Assembly (NCBI GenBank): GCA_021613535.1
Contig: CP075492.1
Coordinates: 19,716,001 to 19,780,000, forward strand
Source: Adineta vaga
Taxonomy: Eukaryota > Animalia > Rotifera
Reading direction: 5' to 3'
DNA: 64,000 bases
The translations under genes were made by a program, and so were the position numbers. This document shows positions 51,252 to 61,606 of the stretch, piece by piece. A model generated the notes under the pieces. That model saw nothing but the letters and a program-made list of their open reading frames with translations, searched no databases and was not told the origin of the DNA. Position 1 is the first letter of the stretch, and the number at the start of each line of letters is the position of its first letter.

Positions 51252-51389
51252 TCGGGTAGGGTCGGGCGGGTTGAAAATTGGCGTGGGTCGGGTCGGGCGG
51301 GCTGGAAATCTTCACGGGTAGGGTCGGGCGGGTTTAAATTTTTACGGGTAGGGTTAGGGTACCACTTCTCGTACCCTTGCAGGTCTCTA
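51252..51389. mobile_element. Orphan hAT-like terminus
   Basis: Repeated GGGTCGGGCGGG/CGGGTAGGG subterminal motifs ending TGCAGGTCTCTA; partner end not found. Confidence 0.5.
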
Positions 51390-52299
51390 TTGCTTTGCAG
51401 TTGCACGGTGCGGGTCGACAAGAACACAATGATACAATAGCTGAAACATTGCCGATAGCCACAGCCAACAACAACAGTCCTGGTGTGGAAAAGAAAGGCT
51501 CTCTTCGCTTTCCCGAAAGATAACGAGCCTTTAGTCAAAAGAACACGATCTAATACAAGTGAACAAACCGAAGAAGAAATACTCCTGTTCTCCAAAGAGA
51601 CATCCGATGATTGTAGTCTGATTTTTGCAAAAGCGACGATCTACCCATATCTAAATTTTACTTGCTCGTCGTCTTTTGTGTGTACCGGCGACGATAGCAC
51701 CAGTGGAACGGGTGTTTTCTACAAGTGGATTCGTGATGCGACCACACAGAGGACACACGTCTAAAGAAATGTTGACTAAATTAACATTTCTTAAGTCGAC
51801 TTGTCCACGTAACGGTCCACCAGTGTGAGGAAAGTCGACATATGCAATTGGAGAAAACCAATATATACATCTTGTAGAGCATCATCGATAACGTCGGAAA
51901 GCACATTTTTTAACTCAATGGGTGATTCTTTCTTTAAAAGAAACTTGGTGGTACGAGATGCACTCGAAGAACCAGTTATAACTAGGAAATACGCCTTGAT
52001 TATGATCTGATTTTTTTCCACTAAGAGATGTTATTGTTTCTAAAGCTGATTATATGCCGCACATGCAACTCACATGGACTCTTCATTTATGTCGTTAAAT
52101 TTGAGATTCATCGTTTCTTCAAAAAAATATTCGCTTTGATAAAGTAGTGCACTTCTGAGTGTGATTCCGTCACGGAAAATACTCTGTAATTCTTTTTCTG
52201 CCTTAAGTAGGAAAGTTTAGATTTCGTCCATATATCCCCCAACGCTAGTTTTTCATGCTCTATCGGATGCACTGCATTGCTTTTTAAACAGCGTTCAAG

Positions 52300-53401
52300 T
52301 TACTTCGAACGAGTGTGACGGAATCACCAATAAGTAATCAATTTGTTTACCTGAATTAGCAAAAACACTTTTTTTTCTTATAATATCTTACTAATTAATA
52401 AACAGAGTGCGCAGAAGATTCAAGTGCAGCATAGATCAGAGTGTAGGTGTGGTTTTTACTGTGAGTATGAGTTGGAAGAGGATGTCGATTCGGAAGGAGA
52501 TAGGTGTGTGGGTGGGAAATAGTGTGGGTGTGCAGGAGTAATGGTATGGGTATGCGAGGATATGGGTATGATCGTGGGTGAAGACAGAATCAGTATGTAG
52601 TCATACTTGTCGAAACTAGCACTCACTTCCCATCTTTCCGCCACACACCCATGCGGATACCTATATCCACCCACACATATACCCTCACCGGCATCCGTAT
52701 CTGCCCATACCCATACCAGTACCGAGGCTCACAGTTACTCACACCTAAGCCGATAGTCTGAGTGACATCCACAGAAACACCCATAATCACTTTTACCACT
52801 AGTATGCTCATCACTCATACTCTCACTCTCATCCACACCCATACTTCAAAGAAATGATGCTTTGGTGTTATTACGGCTATTAGAAATAGTTTCACTAATT
52901 ATTTCGCCCTTCATAATGTTTATATATCAACTTTGGGGAACTATATTTATGTTTTCGGATAAATAGAATTTCTTTAAATTTCAACATTTTTAAACTGTGA
53001 TTCCATCACGGAAAAAAGTGATTCCATCACGAACCATTTTTCTAACTGCAGAGCCATGTTATTATATACTTTAATTTTGTTCATTCCTGTGGGTAGCTAG
53101 TCATAAGGGCTATAACTTTTACATACAAAAGTTCTTTGTTACACTTACAGTTTCGCTAAACTTTTCAAGTCTTGTCATGGCGCTGGAAATGCATTACCAT
53201 TTTTGCTGATTCCGTCACGGGCATATTTTTCAATTTTAAACTCATAAAAGCAGAACGAAATTTAATGAAACTTTTGCGAGATGTAGGGCTAGGTAGCTCG
53301 TATATCTTACAAAAGTAATCAACTTTAACCGACTAGAATGTGCTGAGATATTGAGAAGACAAGAGGAAAAAACGTGATTCCGTCACGCTTGGACAGGTCG
53401 A
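52300..53401. mobile_element. Degenerate TIR element with GTGATTCCGTCACG repeats, containing a long decayed telomere-repeat fold-back (~52440-52850)
   Basis: GTGACGGAATCAC near 52315, inverted relative to copies near 52997, 53018, 53207 and 53375. Confidence 0.45.
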
Positions 53402-53569
53402 AGTGCAATATAGAACTTTTGAATACGAGTTAGGTGCTTTTATCTTCCTCATCTCTTCTCAGTCGTGTTAGTGTGTCATCTGCATTAAAATTGAAAGCCT
53501 GAAAACATTTAATAAAAGAAGAACATTAACATAAAAATATTTGATTTTGGAGCCGGAGCTGCCCATCTC

Positions 53570-54854
53570 TGACTCTCAAACTGCTGACACACTACCATTT
53601 CATGACCAAGTGACACGCCAAGCAAACAACATCAAGAATGGAATGATAAAATCGTCAAACAGGACCAAGTGGAAGTTAATAAAATTAGAAGAAGTTAAAC
53701 GATACATAAAACAACTTCGAAACAGTTCCACTGGTCCAGATAACATTCACAATAGGTGTTTGAAGAATTATTCAAAATTACTCGTACAGCATCTAACAAA
53801 TCTGTTCAATGCAATTTTGAATCAAGGCTATATTCCAGCAAGGTGGAAAGAGGCCAACATTATTCTTCTCCTAAAGCCGAAGAAAGACAAACAACACCCG
53901 TCCAGTTATCGGCCGATCAGTCTCCTTAGCTGCTTGGGCAAACTATTGGAGAAAATCATCAAACAACGTTTTATGCTGGAATTAGATCGACGAAACGTAT
54001 TACCACAACATCAAGCCGGCTTTCGACCAGGAAAAAGCACAGTATACAACATCGTCAGACTAGAAAGATTCGCTGTAGGACAACTAAGACGACCCAGTCG
54101 AAGACGTCACTCAGCTGTAATTCTGTTCGACATCAAAGCTGCTTTTGATTCAATCTGGCATGATGGTTTAATATACAAGCTCAACGATCTACGCCTTCCC
54201 CAATACATCACCAAATACCTGATCTCCTTCTTAAACAATAGAACGACTGCAATTGAAATAGAAAACATCTTATCTCGTCCCTTCAAGTTTATGAGCAACA
54301 CTCCACAAGGATCTCCGTTATCACCACTACTTTACATCACTTAGATCCAGATTACAAAAATCCATCGATGCATTCGAAAGTTGGTTAAAGTCGAGAACAC
54401 ATTAATCAAACCATTGGATCACACTCGATACTTGGGTGTTATTATAGACAAAAGATTAAAATGGCGAATGCATCTCGAACATATTGAAGCCAAGATTGCT
54501 CCTTGGATCGGTCTTCTTCGATATCTATCGAGATCAGCACAAGAACAAAACAACAAGACTATGATAAATGTCTTCAAATCAATTGTACGCACAGTCATCA
54601 TATACGGCTATCCTGTCCTGCTCACAGTCGATCAAAAAATATGGGATCGTTTACAAATCATGCAGAACAAAGCAATCAGAGCTGCATTAGGTTTACCCAT
54701 ATACACATCGGTCAAATACATCCATCAGATCAGCAACATCCTCAAGATCAAGGACTATGCAGTAGCACTTCTTAAACAAGCAGTTCAAGCAGCAACAAAC
54801 AACTGCGACATTACGCTTAAGAATCATCTAGTACACATACTAGAAAACATTTAA
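53570..54854 (+). mobile_element. 5'-truncated, internally deleted LINE related to the 44775-49594 element
   Basis: Clear protein similarity to ORF2 (PFHDQVT, YRPISLL, TPQGSPLSP); the FADD segment is missing. Confidence 0.9.
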
Positions 54855-55891
54855 AAGAAATCACCAAAGTCGTATTATATAGAAGCGTCGATAAACTCGA
54901 TCATTCTTGTGTCGGCCGAATCTATACAAAAATCGTTATATCGGAATAACGTACGAAGCGTTTGGTATATATGCAACAACGTATACAATATAAAACGAAT
55001 TCAATCCAGCTGACTATTCTTTCGATCGTTTTTTTTTCGTTCTGTCTTCTTTTCATATGTAATATGGAATCGATTCAACGTGTTTGCTGACTCTTTCACT
55101 ACTACCAAATCTTCCACGCGTTCTTATACCTAATACGAAAAAAATTCAATGCATTTACCGATTAAACTGTAACCGTTTAAATTCTCTTTCCTTTCCTTCA
55201 ACTTCTTTTTCTTATCATAACACATCACGGACGCACATCACTACCATACACAAACCATATTGTCTCCGTGTTTACTTTCTCATCCTTTTCTTCTAGGACA
55301 AAAGACATACGTCATGGATCCTGTCTTCTTTCGTTTTTCGTGTAACAACTAACCGTTGATCTATGGCTTATGCAGTAATGTTACACGAAATGAAACTGTG
55401 TTACCTAAAAAAAATATTTCGAACTAGGAGTATATATCGAACTAATCGATCGAAAAAGAAAGAAATCGGTTGTCGTTCGATAAAAATCGTGATTAATCGG
55501 TATTTTTTGTTGTTATATTGCCGTTCTACTCTTGTGCAACATCATACTACTTGATATGAAACTCAGTTTCATCGATTATATGATGGCGAATATTTATCCT
55601 TCTTATCACAACTGACTTTGATCGTAAATTGTACGGATATCTTCTTAAGATTATAAAAAAAAATACTTAAATATATGTACCATATATAATTTCTTTGAAA
55701 CCAAATTCTTTCTTTTTTATGATTAATTCGATCAGTAAGAAAAGTATGATAAGTACCTTTGCTGTTGATTTTGTAACTAGATATAATATAATAAAAAGTA
55801 GAGAAAGTGTATGTAGGCGTTGATTATGTAAAAAGGATATAAAGTCATTTATTGCAGTCAGTTTCTATTCATCAGTTTTATTCGTCGTATA

Positions 55892-56329
55892 ATGGCCACA
55901 TTGAATCTACCACCAACTTATCCCGAATCCGCAAAACCTACAGTAGGACAACCATCGTCTTCGATGATAGGAGTACAGAATGCACAACAGTTGTCGACAT
56001 ACCCTGTGGCACAATCTTACATTGTTCATCATCCGGTTTATTTTGTCGATCCTACTATCACTCAAATTCGTGATTGGTTACCATGGCCAATTATCAATAT
56101 GTTTATCGGCGGAATTTTACTCGAACTTATTCCATTAAGCTTTAGCATTATCCGTCGAAATCATAAAAGATCAAATAATGCAAGTAGTGCGAGAACAATG
56201 AGCACATTGGCTCTCGTCTTCAATATCCTTATCACATTGATTGGCCTTGCTTTGTGGATTACACTCATCGTTCTTCTTGTTCAAGCCAATCGAGTTATCA
56301 CCACGTGCCTTACTTATCCATATTGTTAA
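55892..56329 (+). CDS. CD225/dispanin (IFITM-like) membrane protein
   Basis: Pro/Tyr-rich N-terminus; IRDWLPW...; two hydrophobic segments separated by a basic loop (...A...S..AL..N); intronless. Confidence 0.65.
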   Translation: MATLNLPPTYPESAKPTVGQPSSSMIGVQNAQQLSTYPVAQSYIVHHPVYFVDPTITQIRDWLPWPIINMFIGGILLELIPLSFSIIRRNHKRSNNASSARTMSTLALVFNILITLIGLALWITLIVLLVQANRVITTCLTYPYC

Positions 56330-56749
56330 AAATTTTCAAAATCTTTCTTTAAATCATAGAAAATAAATAATCAACAGTTCTCTATGTTTGACACTTCTGC
56401 CAATACTCTTCTGATTTTTGGTTACGAGGCCTGTAATATATACGAGCTAAGCTTTTATTTCGTCTGAAATATAGCTGAGAGTGAGAGTGAGACAAGCAGG
56501 GTGTGGATGCAACTAGCAGCCATTATCCAGATTCCACTGCTACTAAGAAGATCACCAGATGGCTTAAGGCTGTGGGTTAAATGCATAGTCGCATGTGCAC
56601 CCTCGCCCACACCCACGTCCTCAAATAAATCACGATTCTGACAAACTATCAAACAATATATTTTCTTTTAATCAGTCATGCCAAGTACTCTCGATTGATA
56701 TTGGATGTGTAGTTACAGAATATTCGTATTTGGATCAAGCATCAAGTCG

Positions 56750-57134
56750 ATCGATGTGAAGCTAGCACGAAGGAGCTAGCACGAACAAGCGATATGTTAG
56801 GTAAAAACTTTTTTACTAAGTATGTCCCGTCCATGGAAACTACACCGTTCGACTCAGAATTTAATTCTGCATCGAATGGTGGCACTTTTATTCACCGGAC
56901 AAACTTTGGAAAAATTCTATCTGGATTATAAATAGACCTAAAGGAAACGAACAAAGATATAGATAGAAAATTTTCCAAAGTTTGTCCGGTGAATAAAAGT
57001 GCCACCATTCGATGCAGAATTAAATTCTGAGTCGAACGGTGTAGTTTCCATGGACGGGACATACTTAGTAAAAAAGTTTTTACCTAACATATCGTTTGTT
57101 CGTGCTAGCTCCTTCGTGCTAGCTTCACAACGAT
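56750..57134. mobile_element. MULE-type fold-back MITE (385 bp)
   Basis: Near-perfect TIRs of about 170 bp; 9-bp TSD ATCAAGTCG (56741-56749 and 57135-57143). Confidence 0.9.
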
Positions 57135-57712
57135 ATCAAGTCGTGTAGCGATTGTCAATGAACAATGTAAATTATCTTCAATTCATTGATTTGTTTCTTT
57201 TAAAAGGAAAGAGTGTAGTCGAAGCTTGAACAAGTGCAATCTATACTTTTTCGAGTACGAACAAAAATTCCACTCTTTCGACATTTAAATGGTCTTTATG
57301 CAGCGATTTGCTTATCTGAATTCAGTCGAGGATATTGTCGTTGTGGAGAACCATTAGATAGTGAATTAAACGAAACATATAGTACAAAAAACGTTGAGAT
57401 TCCTATGATCGACAAAAAGGCTTATTGATGTTACTAAATAAGAACACAAAGTGACATGAGTTACGACTTTCATTCCACTTTATTTTCATTGGTCTTCTCT
57501 CTCGAATTTCGCTGTTTTCTTTATATCTGAAGTTAAAAGTATTATCTCGAAGACGTGCGCAAAAACGTGGTTATTCTTTTCACAAATATATCCACATTCA
57601 CCCCGAAAAACTAATTTTCCAATGTGCTGATTGATTTACTTTTATTGTAATTAGCAAATCACTTTATTTTCGTGACAGAGCAAAAGTGATATTTTAGTAC
57701 TTCGTATGACAT

Positions 57713-58629
57713 TTAATTTTTAAATTTGAAATCATCAACGTCGCAGGTGAATTTATTTCTGTTATAATGAAGTTCAATTGAGCGTCCACTCGAGAGGGGG
57801 TAATTGAATCTCATCTTGTACCAGCCTGGTTCTGGCCATGCCGAGTCACCGATTGTCGAAATAGGTTCACCATAATCTGATGCAGTTATAGCACTACGAA
57901 GTGCTATTTGCTCATTAAGATCTTGAGGAGTGCTTCTACCCGTTGATTTTCGTCCAAGTGGTAGTCGCCCATTTGATGAACATGATTCCTCTACAAGAGC
58001 GTAATCAAAATATGTACGTACTTTTACAGAAATGAATTCTTGGGACACTAGTTGAACTTTCAGTTGTAGTTTGTTAAACTTCGTATTGTGCAGAACGTAG
58101 CGTCTCTGATAATTCTATACTAGTTTTTGTTTTAAAAATATGAAAGCTAGCGTCTGACGATGATGGATATCAATCTTCCATATGTATCAGTACGTTAAGC
58201 TTAAACAAATATGTGAAATGAAAAACGAATAAACTAGAACTTCTTTTATCATTCTTGTCCTGTTGTTCATTTTATGAAAAATAAATTGATAGTGTGTGAA
58301 CACACCTTCAGGATCGTAATGTAAACTCACCATTATATTCATTGAGCATACTGATTCCATAGCTAACCAAAGCACCAACACCAAAAGCTGCATCCAAAGC
58401 CAAATATACTGGAGGAGCCAAAGCCATACCCGCATATGGTGCTAAGGCTATAGCAGCTGGCATTCTCAGCATAGACCCTTTGCTCGCTAGTTCTGTTTGC
58501 TTCTCGTATGCATGGATAAGTGTTGGCGAGAGAAGAAGAGCGACGTAAAACCTATATTTAGCATGAAGTTAAAAGAATATTCATAGTTCAAATGCAATCC
58601 AACTCTTACCATACTAGATTGTAAATCAT
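57713..58629 (-). CDS. Predicted secreted protein with a bacterial polymorphic-toxin-like C-terminal domain
   Basis: Exons 58629-58610, 58551-58331 and 57990-57713 splice in frame (172 aa). Signal peptide MIYNLVWFYVALLLSPTLIHA; hydrophobic Ala/Gly segment; STGRSTPQDLNEQIAL...GDSAWPEPGWYKM...IELHYNRN...DDFKFK. Confidence 0.6.
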
Positions 58630-60068
58630 TTTTGACTGTAGAATGAGTGTAAGCTGGAAGTGGAAGAATACTCGACATTCCTCCGTATAAATAGGGAATT
58701 TTTCTCTTCTCTTTAAAATAAAGCAGATAATAGTAAAGCAAACATATATTCAATTTTCTGTAGATTAAGAATAGATACGTCTGTCTGTTATATTTCAATC
58801 GACTTTCGTAGAAAAAAAATCATTTGATATGAAATTGAAAATTTTCGAAGGAAACCAAATGACAGTGTTTAGCTCTGGGTACGAATGGCATAATTCATGA
58901 CGCGTTTCATCGGTTCCCTGGATTAAAAGAGATACTCATATGTACATATAGTCTATTATTCTCATTGGTTTACTTGGTCTAATCATTTGGCTTACTGCTA
59001 GGCAGGCCACTATAGCATTATTCTTCGGAACGACTCTGTTTTGGAAAAACAATGCAGAAAAATATTAATTAAAGTTATAATATTACCTGATTAAAACGTA
59101 TTCACTTGACTATATTGAGTAAAATTCTAACAATTCTTCATGAATAGACGGTTTTTTTAAACATTGACATCAAGCTTTCTTCGAAAACTTTCAATTTCAT
59201 AGCAAATAATAGATTTTTTCTACTATATTTGATTGAAACACAATACACAAGCATTTATTCTTAATCTGCAATAAATGGAATACATGATTTATTTTCAAGA
59301 GAAAAGAAACAATTACGCATTAATTTTCATGATGACGTAGGATATCTTAGTATAAGAGTCGAGTTTTTTGAACTGCGATTCGCGACAGAGACGTTTCCAG
59401 GTGGATCTCGACGAGCTCTATCGATTCCATCAGTCATTTTCCAGTTTTGAGTCAAGCATCATTAAGAAAAATGCTAATTACGTCACCATGCATTGTAGTA
59501 AAATATGGCAACATCAACCATTGGCTCATTCAATTCAGCCAATAAAATAGACAAAACAAGAACATGGTCTTTTCTCTACACCAATAATTTTGTGTATTTG
59601 TTCTATGTGCGAGTAATGTGGATCAGAATTTTTTCTTTTCCTCAAAGCAGAACACTTGCAGAGAGTGAGGTAAGTCTCTTACTTGATTTTACAAAAAACT
59701 TACTATTGCCCGTTCGCAGGTGAAAGTTTGACAGAAGGGTAATCGAGGTCGAGGAATCTGAAGCAATGGCTATTGAGTGTAGAAAACGTTTTTTCAAACA
59801 GAAAACCAGTTCAAAGCTCCTGTTAAAAGATTTTTGCTCATAAATTTTGTAAAAAATGATCTTTTTTCCAAATGAAGAATGTGGCTGAAAAGGTTTCTCA
59901 TGAATGATTACTGTAGTAGAGAGAAATTTGTTTTTGATTAGTAAAACTCTTTTGTGTCGAATTTCGAACAGACATTTATCCAAGAAATTGTAATCAACTT
60001 TTGCGGGAAGATATCGTGTGAAGAAAGGTTCTGTAAATAGATAGTCACTCTTTCACATACTTCTACAA

Positions 60069-61163
60069 ACAAGTAACGCTCGCCGAGGCCGACTCGCTAA
60101 GCCCTCGACTGATTCACTTTTAATTCGACTCTTGTCATAAGATTCTTTCAAAAGATGTATCAATGCACTGATCTCGCAGTCGGTCATCGGCGTCCCTTCG
60201 GTCCGCCACTCCCGACTGTTCGATATTGTTTATAGCATATACACGTCCTCAGATGGCACTCGCCTTCCTCTCCGACACTTCACACACAATTTAACTACTT
60301 CAACTAAATCTATACCAAGAAAGCTTTCAGCTGGAGCTTGTCTCTTGTTTACTAGACGTTATAAGAGGAAATCCACGCTGATTCTCATCTTGCGGGTCAT
60401 ACGACAAAAGCATCTAAGATATTCAGTGCCTGATTCATGCATCCTAGACACATACCTAATTTCTCAGCCTTACATCGCGTGATACCTGGTTGGTCAGTTT
60501 TGTAATCTACGATAGCTACCAATCAGTCTCAGCTATCTCCCACGTTATCCGTGAAGTTTCTGTTAATATTGATCTTGAATCATGATGCTAGCACACACCA
60601 TTCAAACAATCTTCTCTCATACGATTCTCTCTTCGCACGAAAGAACATTTAATTAGTCCTCGTACCTCTCCTCAATACACTATTGATATAGTCAAATTAG
60701 AGATTTAGTAAATTTCGAGCTAAGGCAGTACGGCATATCTCTCGGATATACAAGCGTTGTTCGGTCAATGGTTGAACCCATTTCAAACGATTTAAAAAAA
60801 ATTAAAGCATTTCGGAAAAGGCGGGAGTGTTTTTTACCTTTGACGTCGCCGGCACAGTTCTTCTCATCCCGTCCTTTACTCTACCATCAACATCCACCCC
60901 CAAGACTCCTCCCAAACGGTCCTTTATTGAGGTTTGAGCGTTTTCGCAAAAATGTTTTTCTGACCTTTGACTCTTGGCCCCCGACTCTCACTCCCACCCC
61001 AAACCAAGATCTAGCCTCAACACCCCTCCCAAACCATATTTTATGAAGCTGTGAGCATTTTCAAAAAAAATGTTTTTTTTTACCTTTGACCTTTGATCCT
61101 GGCACAGACAGATAGACAAACAAATTTTTTTTTATTTGACGCTCCTTTCAGTCGAGGGAATAA
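60069..61163. mobile_element. Possible Helentron/DINE-like non-autonomous element
   Basis: Subterminal inverted repeat CCCTCGACTGA (60102-60112) / TCAGTCGAGGG (61148-61158); ACAGACAGATAGAC near the end; TGACCTTTGAC repeats. Confidence 0.45.
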
Positions 61164-61606
61164 GTCATTTGGACGCCAGGATGCTGGTCATATATAGAAA
61201 AAATGGACAATGAAGTCAGAATACAAAATTTAGTAAAATAAGGCGGCCGCACATCTGACTCCTGTTTATGGCATAATAAAGACATAATCGTGTCAAAATA
61301 ATATCTAGTCAATTACCATTGGTTAAAACAAATGTCAATTTCAGACTGGCTACACTCAGCTTATAGTCTTCGGGTTTCTATGAGGCAGTTTCAAGTCCGC
61401 AAATTCTAATTAATGAATTTTATTACCCTTGAATTCTGATTGGTCAATTTTATCCTCCTCAATATGTGATTGGTCGACTTTATGACCCTCGATATCTGAT
61501 TAGTCAATTTGACCCGTGTAACAGTTTTTCATTGCGACCTTCGACCCTGACACAAACTCACAAACTATTTTTTCTCATATGATCCTCCTTTTAATCGAGG
61601 GAACAG

